A DNA stretch of 63,897 nucleotides, filler included, from Rhizaria sp. SCN 62-66 (lineage: Eukaryota), in assembly GCA_001724265.1 (NCBI GenBank). It is 3 parts of 3 records of this genome, joined end to end, with 100 filler letters (N's around TTAATTAATTAA, not from the genome) between each part and the next. Parts side by side here need not be neighbours in the genome. Positions count along the whole stretch, not along the records: positions 26,190 to 51,720 come from MEDY01000413.1; positions 51,821 to 63,897 come from MEDY01000538.1; 1 more part is not named here. The stretch is one strand, 5' to 3'. The notes beneath the pieces were generated by a model. The model was not told the DNA's origin. It was given only the letters and a program-made list of their open reading frames with translations, and ran no database searches. The translations under genes were made by a program, and so were the position numbers. Positions 47,497-60,093 of the stretch are shown here, piece after piece. The first letter of the stretch is position 1, and every line of letters starts with the position of its first letter.

Positions 47497-49247
47497 TCAA
47501 AGCTTCTTCCTATTTTTGAGCCCGCAGCCCCACTTAAGCTGCCCCAGCGCCGCCTCGCGCTCCTGACGGTACACGGGCACGCCCCCCGCGGCCTGCGCGG
47601 CCGTGAGATTGGCAACCGCCCCCGGCGGGATCGAGATCCAGGCGCACTGGCAGCAAAAGGCCGCAGCGCCCGGCGAGGCGACCGTGCGCGCGGTAAGTTT
47701 GGCCGCGTCCGGGACGGCGTTGCGGAAGAAAAAGTAGTCAACGGCGGCGGCGTCCCATTGCCGGTGCGGCAGCATGATCACCGCGTGGTCGCAGTGCGGA
47801 CACACCAGGTGCGAACAGGGGGGCACGGTGGTCGAACATGAGGCGGGCGCGGTCGCGGCAGCGGTCGCAGTGGCCGCAGAACCAGTGGCGGGGGCGGGGG
47901 CGTTGGGGGGGCAGCACAGGATAAGAGGCGAGCAAGGCAGTGTGAAGGCGCTTGTCGCTGCGGTCGTCATCATACTGCTAGCGCTGGAGCTGGAGCTGGA
48001 GCTAGAGCCGGCGTTGTAGGAGGAGGGGCCGAAGCTCGTGGTGTTGTTGCTGGACGCTTGGCTGCTGCTGTTGTTGTTATGGGGCGCTCTGTTGTTGCCG
48101 TTGTACGTGGCGGCCTTAGAGTGCGTGTACGTGGCTGTGGGATCGTCCAAGAGGCTCATGTCAGATAGCAACGAATCAATCGCACTCGAGCTCGAGCTAG
48201 AGCCAGAGATCTTCGCGTTCGTGGTGGGCTTTGAGGTCTTGCTGCTGTAAGCGTTGTTGTTGCTGTTGCGATGGGCGCGGTTGATGTTGTCGTCGTCATC
48301 GTCGTCGAAGGAGTTGTCTAAAGGGGAGCTGTTGGGAGTGGCCGCGGCCGTCGCGTACGCATTCGTGGTCACGGGACTGGGCTTATTGTAAGTAGTGCCG
48401 GGGGACGTGTAAGTAGTGCCGGGGGACGTGTAAGCGCCGCCAGCGCCACCATAGCTGCTGCTAGCGTTGGCGTTGATGCTATTGTTAGCAGAGCTGAAGC
48501 TAGGCCGCCTGGGGACGCCGCCAGCAGCGTTCGCACCCGCAGCGTTGGCATAAGCAGCATTTGCACTCGTATTGACCGAGCTCGAGCTCGAGCTTGCGTA
48601 GTAGCTGCTGTTGGCACCGCTGCTGTTGTAGGTGGGGGCAGAAGGGAAAAGAGGGGGCAGGTCACCTAGGGCGGCAACGCCAGAGCTAGCAGATCCAGAG
48701 CCAAAGGATGAGGCAGAGCTAGAGCCAGCGTCATAGCTACCGTAGCTGTTGCTGCTGTTGGCGCTTTTGTTAGTGTTGCTGCCGAAGGAGGACTGCTGCT
48801 GCAGGGGCGGCTTCGCGCCGCTGTTCTGCGCAGAGTAGCGCGACTGGGACGTGGAGACCGGGCTGTGTGTAGTTTCGGGGAGATATATGGGGCGAACATG
48901 CATGCGGGAGTGGAGAGATATGGAGACGAGGAGTTTGAATGAGGGGGAGTGTGAAACAAACGATATATCCACAGAGGCATCGTCAAAGCAATTTAAAGCA
49001 AGTGAAACAAATAAAATAGAACAACAAAGACAACCAAATTGAACGATGCGTTATTCCAGAGTTGTTACAAAGCAGGAGATCGTCCGAAGTGCGGCGACTC
49101 AGGATGCTGACCGTTGGAGCAGAGACATTGGGGGCGAGGTTTAGAACGGAGATATAGCACAACTTAGGCAACGTACACACTGCTGGTGCCGGGGAGTTCC
49201 GAGAGCTCGCGGTCAAGCTCGTCCAACAACGAGTCTAAGTTCGACAT
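47497..49247 (-). CDS. CFAP418: Cilia-associated protein CFAP418/C8orf37 homologue, about 478 aa
   Basis: Exons 49247-49177 and 48862-47497 (GTACGT...ACACAG). N-terminal MSNLDSLLDELD. C-terminal domain CSHLVCPHCDHAV...WD...DYFFFRNAVPD...AFCCQCAW...LKWGCG. TGA stop. Confidence 0.88.
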
Positions 49248-49551
49248 CGCTCGAAAGACAGTCTGCAATCACGAAAGAAGAGAGTCTCGAGATGTGTCTG
49301 GCTGCGGTGGCGAGGGACGGGGGGGGGGTCACAAAAGGTCAGGAGGGAAAGGACTAACGTGAGATCAAACTAACGTAGACGTGGCTTATTTTAAGCAAGA
49401 ATACTTTCACTACTGTTAAAAACATATCCTACAAATTACACTTCAACCACACGTCGAAATTGCCAACAGCGCAATGCATTCTCTTAAAGGCCGCCCACTC
49501 TCACTTCGTGACCGTCGCTCTCTGCCTGCTCTTGCTCCCCAACCGCCCCAG

Positions 49552-51102
49552 ATGTCGTTCGTTCCGCCCCCGACGCACGTGTTGCACCCGTCGTACTCGC
49601 ACCCGCTGCTCAAGCAGTGGGGCTCCGACTGCGCGGTGCGCCCCGAGCACCTCCAGTTCCCCATCTTCGTCACCGATGAGATCCTCGATTCGCCCGCCCC
49701 GACTGACAACACCGCGACAGCCAAGGCTGCCGCGAAGACTGTCGCGAACACGTGCGCCGGGATTGCGGCCAGCGAGGTCTACACGGCCGTGGTGGGCGCC
49801 GACGAGGGCGACTCGCCCGGCAAGACTGAAATCAAGAGTCTCCCCGGTACGTCTCTAGCTCAAGAAACGTAACAGCACACGTGCTTTGACAAGATTCATT
49901 GTGTCTCGACTTGTGCGATGCCTTGTTGATAACGCTCAGGGACAACGAAACTCGAGAGATAGGTTTACATACCCACTTCAATTAAACATTGCGAACTTGT
50001 ATATCAAGAGGGCTTCGTCCTATCGACTTATATCCTCTACAATCCTCCCGTTCATATGACAATCGCTAAATTTGCTTCCTTTTACTCCTTTGTGTCGTTT
50101 TGCTTTCTCTCTTCTATCTCGGTCCCAGGCCAGTACCGCTGGGCCGTCTCGCGCCTGCCCGAGCTGCTGGACCCCCTTGTGGCGCTGGGACTGCGCTCCA
50201 TCATCCTCTTCGGCGTGCTCACCGACGCTAGCAAGAAGACGGCCTGCGGCAGCTGCGGCTTCGCGGCCGACGCCCCGGTGCCTCGCGCGCTCGCTCTCGT
50301 GCGCCGCCGCTACCCGGCGCTCTTCGTCGCCGTTGACGTCTGTCTCTGCGCGTACACCTCCCACGGCCACTGCGGCATCCTCCAGGCAAACGACAACAAC
50401 GACAAGCCCGCTGACAACAACGCCGAGACCTCCGATAACAGCGCCGCCGTCGACCGCTTCGCGCCCGCGTTTGCGATCGACAACCAGGCCAGCATCGCAC
50501 AGCTGGCGCGCATGTCCGTGGCCTTCGCGCTGGCGGGCGCGCAGATGATCAGCCCTTCGGACATGATGGACGGCCGCGTCGGCGCCATCAAGGCCGCACT
50601 CGCCAGCACCTACACCAACGGCACTCAGGGCAACGGAGCTGCCGCCGCGAACCCGTCTCTGGGCTCGCGCGTGCCGGTGATGTCATACTCGGCCAAGTTT
50701 GCGTCGTGCTTCTACGGGCCCTTCCGCGACGCCGCGGGCTCCGGCGCCAAGTTCGGAGACCGCGGCGGCTACCAGCTGCCACCGTTCTCTCGCGGGCTCG
50801 CGCTGCGGGCCATCGACCGCGACCTGGACGAGGGCGGCGACTTTATCATGGTCAAGCCCGGCATGCCGTACCTGGACATCTTGCGGGACTGCGCGGACCG
50901 CTGCGGCGCGCGCGGCGTGCCCGTGGCCGTTTACCACGTGTCCGGCGAGTACGCCATGCTCTGGCACGGCGCTAAGGCCGGCGCGTTCGGGCTGCGCGAG
51001 GCCGTCATGGAGGCCATGGGCGGCTTCCGCAGGGCCGGTGCCACCGTGATCCTGACCTACTACGCGCCGCTCGTGCTTCAGGCCCTCAGTGAGATGAAGT
51101 GA
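49552..51102 (+). CDS. ALAD: Delta-aminolevulinic acid dehydratase (porphobilinogen synthase), Zn-binding eukaryotic type, about 422 aa
   Basis: Exons 49552-49846 and 50129-51102. Motifs [72 protein letters not shown] stop. Confidence 0.97.
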
Positions 51103-51720
51103 GCCGAGCGAAGTCAGCTTACTGCGCACTGCGAGCGGGGCGGGGAACTGACGGACGAGCCGACTGACAAGCTCTTCAAGTACTTGAATAGAGCGAGAAG
51201 CAACACCCTACGTACGTGGACTCGGCCTGAGCGAGACGCGTTGTTTTGGTGTGGTGCGAAGTGCTTTCAAGTGGGTTTGTTTGAAGTCAGCGATGAGGCT
51301 TTGGTAAAACTTAAGGCTGTTATCAAAACAATCTTTGTTTGTTTTATGGGGGAAATATATTATTGAACGAATAAAAAAGGTCCTTTAGACAGTATAGAGA
51401 TGTATAGAAGTATCTCAAATCATCCATGCAAATTCATGCTTGACCATGCTGAATTGCAGTAACGCGCACAGATAAAGAATTGTTTCTGTATCAATATGAA
51501 TAAACATTTTTATTGCTATCAGAATAAGTACGTAGACCGTTCGGATTCTTCAGCCGCTCTGGATCTATAGTGGAAATTGTTGTTTGTTTCAGACTGCATG
51601 TAGAATACATCCGCAGTGCTCAAGACCTATGTAACCCCTATGTAGCGTCAACTAAAAAACGCCAAAAACGCAGTTTTCGGCAGGTAACTTCCACAATAGA
51701 AATCTCTGTGAAATAATCGT

Positions 51721-51820
51721 NNNNNNNNNNNNNNNNNNNNNNNNNNNNNNNNNNNNNNNNNNNNTTAATTAATTAANNNNNNNNNNNNNNNNNNNNNNNN
51801 NNNNNNNNNNNNNNNNNNNN
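51721..51820. other. Artificial contig spacer
   Basis: Same N-TTAATTAATTAA-N linker. Confidence 0.98.
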
Positions 51821-51821
51821 G

Positions 51822-52223
51822 CTGATCACCAGTCAGGGCAGCACGAGCACGACGCTTAGCAGCGCGGTTCACACCAACGTTGGCATCAGCGACGACGGCT
51901 GTGGGGAGAGCTGCAGTGATGTGCCCATGGGCACTGGTACCGGCATGATGCTGGCTGACGCTACCACCGACACCGACACCGACCCGAACACTGACACGGG
52001 TACCAACACAGAAGACGGCGGTAGTGCCAGTGACAAGAGCAGCGACAACCACGCCGACATCATCGCTGGCGTCGTCGTCGGCGTCGGCGGCTTCCTCGTC
52101 ATCCTCGCCGTTGTGCTTATTGCGTGGTATAAGAAGCTCTGGTGCTTCTCTCAAAAGGGCGCTGCTAGCAAGAGCGCCGATATCGAGATGACTGGCAATG
52201 GCACCGGTAACTACGACGTTTAA
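51822..52223 (+). CDS. C-terminal fragment of a type I membrane protein
   Basis: Frame open from the contig edge; T/D-rich stalk, TM IIAGVVVGVGGFLVILAVVLIAWY, KK stop-transfer, short tail, TAA stop. Confidence 0.8.
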   Translation: MITSQGSTSTTLSSAVHTNVGISDDGCGESCSDVPMGTGTGMMLADATTDTDTDPNTDTGTNTEDGGSASDKSSDNHADIIAGVVVGVGGFLVILAVVLIAWYKKLWCFSQKGAASKSADIEMTGNGTGNYDV

Positions 52224-53839
52224 GATGGCAGTTTCCACCATCTTTGCGATGCCGAGTCCTTTTCATCGGCAATAATATTTTTTTTCAATCTGAACATTTA
52301 TTCAAAACCTTATCAGTCTGAATGATATTATCTTATATTTCTGCATGGTGACAGTAGCTGTAAGCGAGTGGTAAACGACGTGTTGTGATATCACTCGCAC
52401 ACCTGTCATCGAATCATTTTTATTTTTAATATGTTTGAATTATCTGTTTGTTGATGAACGGTTGACGTTTGTCACCAAACTTTTATTCACGTTCAAATGT
52501 ATGATGTCCAGTGCTTACATCATATTCCTCTGTTTCCCGTTTTCATGCTCACCTTCCTCTCGTATCCGGTGAGAAAGGCGCGTTTCCTCCGCACAATCGT
52601 CGTATTTTCGTGTGATATCGCATCGTTCTACTCTCGCTTTTGCGTGCGATAGTGCGATTCGGACACGATAATCAGCGATATTGTGTTGTGACTTTTTCTT
52701 TATAGCTGTATTTGTATTCTTGATGTTTCGCTGACATGAATGCGCGGTTTAACTGCCAATCGATGTTAGCACGCCTGTATGATCATATTTCTGTTGTTGT
52801 TTTGTTTATTCTGCATAACTTTTTGCTTATATGAAGCGAGATTTAGGTTTAGTTCATCTTAGTACCTGTGAGTACTGCTGACGGAGCTGTTCCGAATCCG
52901 CGTCATTCTTGTTGATATAATGTTGCTGATTTGCGAGTATGACAATCATTTATGGGTTGTATCGTTGTTATATGTGTTTATCACCCTCTTGTTGGATCAA
53001 ATCCACTGTATATGCCTTTTTGCATCGATCATCATGCAATCCACTGCGAGCATCACATATGCTTCTCCGTGGATATCGTAATTGCGGTGCCTACAAAACG
53101 CAGTTCGGAGAACTTCATGTACAACGATAACAACAACTATGACACAAAAATGTAACTCACTGTTACGTTCCAGTTAATCATTCTCGCTGAGCACACCAAT
53201 TTTTGTCAAAATCTGTCTACGAGAGCCTATAATCCATCGCAGTTATTGATCAATTTGATCATAATCTTCGTATATTATTTGGCTTTCTCACGGAGAAGTT
53301 GCAGGATGTTTTCTCCCTGCAACTTGCCCAATTTTTGCATCCATCATCGCGCGACGCGCGATGCTTCCTTCGTCATGGTATATGACCGACAAAATACACT
53401 GAAACTGTATTTGTTTCTCCTATCAAAATAGTATGTTATCCCCAACGACATATTGAACACGATGCTATTCGCGTGACACGTATACCGCGTGCGTTCAGAG
53501 CGACTATTCGTATGACGTTGTAATAGTTGCGTTAGTGGCTGAAACGAACTTCAGCTTCTCGCTGGATAGTAAGAAAGTAACATTAGTCGATGTACGTCAC
53601 TGGGGTAGAATAATTCAATTAAATATATTGTAAAACGTAAATCACAGGCCGAAGTACACATAAATCACCCCTTCTCGGACTGCAACTCACAAGTCTCTAT
53701 ACAAGCCCAGCGAAAGGAAAGAAAAAAAAAAAACATATCCGAAACATTTCCGAATAAGTAATACGTGCACTCCTCCTACCAAACGTTTAAGGTTTAATCA
53801 CATAGTTACGACAAAGCACAGCATTGAAGACAAGAAATC

Positions 53840-56800
53840 TCACTTCTCCTACTCTTCTTCTTCACCACCAGCATCACCAGCAGCACCAGCACTCGCAGCA
53901 GCAGTCGCAGTATCACCTGCGTGCGCACCCAAACCCTGCTGCTTACTCTGTTGTTTCGCGGCCTTAAGTGTGCGCTTCTTCTTCTCCTTGTTGTACCGTT
54001 TCTTCTGCGCGCCAGTCATTTGACTGATATCCATCGTCATCAGCACTTCGATGTCAATATCACCGCTCTCTTCACCATTTGCAGCGTCAGCAGTAGTAGC
54101 AGCAGCGGCGTTAGAGTGGATAGCAGCGCTTGCGTTCGCGCAGTTGTTGCTCCTGGCCTGAGAGTGAGCGTCAGCAACAGCAGCAGCAACAACAGTCGGT
54201 AAGGCTGCCTCATCATCCAGACTCTCGCCAGGCGGGAGGATCACGCCTCCGGGCCCCACAGTCACCTCGACGGCTGTGGCCGCGGCGTCGCCCGACGTGG
54301 CGTTATGATGCTTGGCAAATCCCTTAAGCCCAATCACCATGAAGACGCGGAGCACGGCCGCCGTTGCGAAAAGGCCCACAAACGAGGGGAACAAGTGCGC
54401 GCCGGCGTCGCACTTAGGACCCGTGGTCGTGGGGCCGAAGTTCACCCAGTCGTACCCTTGCTCCAGTGCTAGACGCACCGAGCGGTAGAGCATGATGAAG
54501 TACGCCTTGGCTTTGCGGCCAGCGACGTGGTCAAGCCCCTGGATGTCCGCAGTCATGATGCGGGTCTTGGGGAACTTAAAGATGACAGAGGACCCGATGG
54601 CCTTGCCGTCCAGCTTCAGGATCAAGAAGCTGCGGTTGCGCGGGTCCATGGCGGAAATCGACCGGAAAAGCGACTCTTGCGGCTTGTACAGCACTGGGTC
54701 GTCGCCTTGCTCCTGGCGGTGTGCCGCGATGGCCTCCCACAGCTGCGTAAAGTCCTTTGCCCAGCCGGTATAGGTGGACTCGAGCCGCTGCGGGACGGTC
54801 GTGAGCGTGTGGATGGCCTCGATGCCGACGGCGGGGCCGCGAGTGCCGGGCACGGACGCGGCGGCGGTGGCCGCAACAGTTGCGGCGGAGGCCTGGTGAT
54901 GCGCCAATAACACAGCACGCTTCTTGCCGCTCTTAGCGTTGACAGAGCTCGAGGGCGCATTCATGCTGTTGTTGTCGTTGTTATCAGCGGTGTACGTGGG
55001 GAGATACGGGTTATGTCCGTGGTAAAACAAGTCTGGATGGCTGAACACGCAGTCCGGCACAGTGAATCCATCGCCCTTGGCGCTGACTTGCGCGTTCGCA
55101 GCCTTGGCAGCGCTGTTGGTGCTGGTGCTCACCGTCGTTGTCGTGCTTGTCACGGCCTCGGAGGCGATCAGGCGGCCCAAGCCGTCGCGGACCTCAATGT
55201 TAAGCCGCCCAGATTCGAACTCATCATTTTCTTCGTTAGCAGTGTTACTCCTCTCGTCATGAAGCTGCTGATAAGCGTTGGCGCTAGCGCTTGATGTCTT
55301 TACACCAGAGAATTTGGCTGCACTGTTCCTCCTCTTCTTGCCCTTGCCCTTCGTGGTCGTATCGTCGCCGTTGGGAATGACGGGGAAATACCCGTTGTTC
55401 TGCGCGACAATCGTCTCGGCAGCGTGGATAGCCTGGGTGCTCACACTGACACCGGTCGCAGCAACGCTGACGCGGTTGCTCTGGGTGTTGGCGTTGCTCG
55501 TGATGTGGTCAAGCAAGTACCGCTGTTCCTCTTCCTCGTACCCGTGCCACGGGTTCGCTTCAGAGACGTAGTGGATACTGCCGCCCATCTCGTAAAACGG
55601 AGTGTCGTAGTCGCGTCGGTTCCCCTTCTTGAGCCCCTTGGACACAAACTCGGCCCACGTGCGGCCGCGGTGGCGGCGCAGGTCCACAATCGCCGTCGCG
55701 GGCAGCGGCGCGTTGATGAAGCCGCTGAGCTCGGGCTGCAGCGCCTCGCTGAGAGGCTCCGTCTTGAGAGCGCCGAGGATTAGCAGCATAATGCGCTTAT
55801 GAACAGGGAGGCTGGTGTTAAACTCGGCCACGGCCCGCAGCGCCATCGCCTGCTTTGCGACAGTATCCGAAGAGTAGGGTGCGTTGTATACGCAGGCGTC
55901 GCCGCCGTTCGCGGTGGCGCGGGGGCCCGGGACGACGGGCGCAGGCGCGGCGGCGGCGACCGCGGCGGCGGCGGCGGCGGCGGCAGCCGCGGCGGCCTTC
56001 TTGGCCTTCTTGGCTGCGCTCGCAGTCATGCCGGCGGTGGACGCAAGCAGAGCCTGCTGCACCGCGATCGCCTCGGCGGCGGCGGCCTCGGCGGCTTGGC
56101 GGGCCGCGGCGGCGGCGGCCTCGACGGCGGGGTCAACGGCGACGGGGACAGCGACGACGGGGGGCGGCACGTACTGCGTCAAAAAGACGCCGTTGGCGAA
56201 GGGCCAGTGGAAACCGACGAGGGCGAAACGGACGACGAGCATCTTGAACAGGGAGCGCGCACCGCACAAGGGACTGAGGAACGTGGCGAACTTCGTGAGG
56301 TCGAGCGAGTGCAGCACTGTGAGATAGACCAGCGCGTGCGAGGACGGGCGCGGGGGGAACGCACGAGGCGTCGACGCCAACGCAACATTGGCGTACTCAC
56401 AGTCGCTGCCACTCTCACCTGTGCTGGTATTACAACTGTTATTGTCATTATGCTGACCGTCAAGGCTCGGGGGCTCGTACGTGCCAGTGTTCGCGTTGTT
56501 GTTCCGAGAATTAGCGCGCGCCTGAGCGTCGGCCGCCAGGTCATACACGTGCAACACGACGCCTTCGACGTTGTGGACGCCGGCGCGCGAGTACGCCCGC
56601 ATCATCTCGATCGCGCCGGCGCCGTCCCAGGCGCCGCAGTGGCCGCCGTGGCCGCCGCAGCGCAGGCACGCGCCGGCGTCGGTGTACTGCGGCGCGGGGG
56701 CGGGGGCGGTCGCGGCGTTGGTCTGCGCGTGGCAGACGCAGGTGCCGAGGCCGAGCGCAGTGTCGAGCGAGGCGGCCCAGTGCGCCTTTTGCAGCGGCGT

Positions 56801-59455
56801 GAGCGCAGCGACGTCGAGGATCTCGACGCCCATGCCGCTGGGAAGCGATTTGAGAGCGAATGAGGCCATCGCGACATGGGAGAAGAGGGTAAGGGCGCCG
56901 ATGGCGAAGTGCGTGATCATGAGGCACTCGAGCAGGGAAATCGCGGTGCCGGGGGGGTGGTCAAAGCGGAGGTAGACGGACGCGACTTCAGCGACAAAGG
57001 CGAGGATCATGTTGCCCCACGAGACGGCGTAGTAGGCCAGGATGACGCAGTCGAGCAGCATGCCGGGTGGCAGGCGGGCGCAGGTGAGCGCCAGCAGAGC
57101 CGTGGTGATGGCCAAGGATCCGACGGCGGGGCCCAGGTGGAAAACTGAGGCCGGGACTGCGTAGTCGGATAGAGCGACGACGGCCACGGCGAAGACGCCG
57201 ACGAAGAGCAGGATAAACGAGACGATCATGAGGGTGATGTCGGCGGTCCCCGAGCCGCCCTGCCAGTGCACGCGGGTGCCATAACGCAGCGACAGGGCCT
57301 GGGTGAGAATCAAGAGAAGCATTAGCATGACAGTCATGCCGCGCATCGTCTTGGTCGACATCCAGTTGAACGGCTTGGAGCGGTGTAAGGGGGGACTTAC
57401 ATCCTTGTCATTGTTATTGTTGTTGTAGCTCTCGACTAAGGGGGTGCTGAGGCCGAGAGTGGCCGAGAGGAAAGATGTGACTGTGCTCGTAGAAGGAGGC
57501 AGGGTACTTACAATGTCGCACGAGGATGTAAGCGTGTTCGTGCGCTTGCTAGTCGTCGCTGTGAGTGTCGCGAGCGTATCAGCAATATGGCCAGAAACAC
57601 AGTTATAACTGTCGGTACCCATGACCATGGTTGACTCACTGGCACTGTTTGAGCACGGAGCAGTGACAACTAAAACACTGTAGTCCTCGTCAGCGTCAGT
57701 GCTACTCTTCTCGTTGTTGTTGTTGTTGTTGTTGTTGTTGCTATTGTTGTTGATGCTGTTGTTAGGAAGAGTGAAGTGGCAAACCATGTGGCTCGTGCCA
57801 GTAATGGGGTACTTAGAGTCCTCACTAGCAGCAACGTACTTAGACTGAACACCAGACAAGTACTGGTTCAGCTCAGCGTCAGTCAAAAAGACACTAAACA
57901 GAGCCTCATCGCCGTGGCCGTTGTTGTTCAGCGCAGCAGTGATGTTGCCGCAAGAATTGAACATCGCAGCATTGCTGCTGCTAAACAGCACGTTTCGACT
58001 CACAGCGGTAGCAATGCCAGAGCTAGTGACGGTGGTCAGTCCGCCGGTGTTACCGTTAGTAAAGGACACATCACCGAGAGACAGCACCGTGCCGATAGCC
58101 AGGATGAAGCAGAAGACGATGCCGAGCACCTGCCCCGCGAAATGCAGCACCAGCAGCGGCTGCGGCGGCGCCAGCAAAGCTTCGTCGTCCTCAGCCTTGG
58201 CGGCCGCGGCAGCAGCCTCGGCCTTCGCCGCGGCCGCAGCGGCCGCAGCAGCGGTGCTGTTGCTGACGGGGGAGTTGGCGTCAGACTCAGAATCTGACAC
58301 GAGCAGCAGCGGCGCATTCAAGCTGTTGTTGGCCGCGGCCTTAGCGGCGTTGGGGTTCACATTAGTAGCACGCGCACTCCCACTTGCGGTCGCGGCCGCG
58401 GTGTCGCCGATGCTGGCGGGAGACAGAGGGAAGAAGCCCGCCGCCCCGTCGCCCGCGGACGCGCCCGTCGACTGCGGGGGCGACACGACGGGCGACTTGG
58501 CGGTGCGGGCCTGTAGGGACGGCGACAGTCGCGGCGACGCCAGACCAGCCGCCGCCGCGGTGGTCGTGGCGCTTGTCACACTGGCCAGCGCCGCCGAGCC
58601 CGCCGCGGCCGCCGTCGCCTGGCGGTGCGCGGCAGCGAGCGTCTGCCGGCGCTGGGCGCGGTAGAAGAGGAACAGCCCGATGAGGCTGTTTGCAACGAGC
58701 AGCACGGAGATGATGATCATCATGATCGGCGCGAGCAAGCGTGGGGTGACGCCGCTGGTGAGGTGGTTGATGATGAACAGCACGGCGTAGGTAACCAGAA
58801 GCACGCTGAGCGCAAGTGTGCACGCCGAGGACGTGAACAGTGCGGCGGGCGGCGGTGTTATGGTGACACGGTCCTCGCGGGAAAAGCCCTGGGAGAGAAT
58901 GGATGTGTCAGGGAGCTCGCGCAAAGAACCGCTGGTGCCGTTCGCGTCCGCAGCAGAGCGGCCGCCGGCGTCTGCATCGGCCTCTGCGGCGTAGATCGAG
59001 GGCGCGACAAACTTAGGCGTGCGCTCAGTGGCCCACGACTTGGCTTGGGTGAGGAGCTACAGCAAACCAGCGCTGGCGGTGCCAGGGGCAGGCTTGGGAG
59101 GGAGGGAAAAAGGGCAGACGGGGACGGCGTGGGGGAATAAAGACCCGCCGGCAACGGCGCTAATGTTCGCATCGGTTGGCTTATCCGTGGGCTTCCCCAA
59201 GGCCGCTGCGGTTGAGGCGGCGACTGAGAGGGGAGCGATGTGGATTGCCGCCCCCTCTGGAGCTGTTGTGACAGCGAGGGCGTTCGGCCTCGATCCTGCC
59301 TTGCCCGCTTTAACGGGTTTCTCAGCGGGAGTAGCAGTCGATGTGGAGGGTGTAGTAGAAACGGGCTGTGCTGGTACTTGCGGCTGAGATGCAGAGGCAG
59401 GGTCGGGGGCAACGGGAGCCGGCTCCGCACCCGTCGTTGCGGCGCCAGGCATCAT
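53840..59455 (-). CDS. Multi-pass membrane protein fused to a FemAB-like/GNAT transferase domain; in-frame TAGs at 59057 and 53849
   Basis: ORFs 59057-59494 and 53849-58924 share a frame separated by one TAG. About 8 hydrophobic segments, then PLPATAIVDL...TWAEFV..GLKKGNRR and FLILKLDGKAIG...YFIMLYRSVRLALEQGYDWVNFGPTTTGPK..AGA. Ends EEEE-TAG-EK-TGA. Start position is uncertain. Confidence 0.75.
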
Positions 59456-60093
59456 GCGTGGAGCCAAACCAGACTTCAGTGTTGCAGGAAACAAGTGTAG
59501 TGCAATGCAAGTACGCTGCTGCGATTCAAACTGGGTGTGGATAGACGTCCCTTAAGTCTAGTGAGGACAGAAGCTCGTTTGATTGAGCTGCACCTGGTAA
59601 ACAGAAGCCACTAGGCAGAGTGTGGCAAGGGCGAATGGCAGAAGCAAAGACTTGTGAATATCATGGCCATAGTATTCGGTTTCCGGGTGAATAAAAGAAT
59701 TATATGGTACCAAAAAAGTACGTGGTGCTATTCCGGCGTGACCAACAGAGAAGTGACGAACTAGCGCGAGTTTTGTGAAGGTGATAAAGTCGTCTCCTCC
59801 AGCCTCTCGCGACCACGTCGCTTGGTCCAGCTGCACTGCTTGGTTTCTTGCCTCGCGCAATACACCACTCAACTGAGTTTAACGCGCTAATATTCGGCTT
59901 ATTAACATCGTGGTTGATGATAGCTGTATTCTATACTGTTGCAATGCCACGATGGAGATAAACGATATATGTACTCATTAAAACGCATGTTATTTCTTAA
60001 GAACTCATTTAGTCTTCGCACAACCGATGTTAAAACAAACACAGCTTCATATCACACCGCGCGCTTGAGCAACCCGCGGTCTTGGCAGTGCAA

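Noticed and set aside
52224-53839. Short ORFs in 1.6 kb of AT-rich DNA, considered as a hidden gene or decayed element
   Set aside because: The frames I checked are closed by TAA/TGA, with no codon bias, motifs or terminal repeats.
1961-59059. Pyrrolysine, selenocysteine or ciliate-type TAR=Gln as the explanation for internal stops
   Set aside because: Internal stops are TAG only, in non-catalytic contexts; TAA is a frequent true terminator; no internal TGA is seen; pyrrolysine is not known in eukaryotes.
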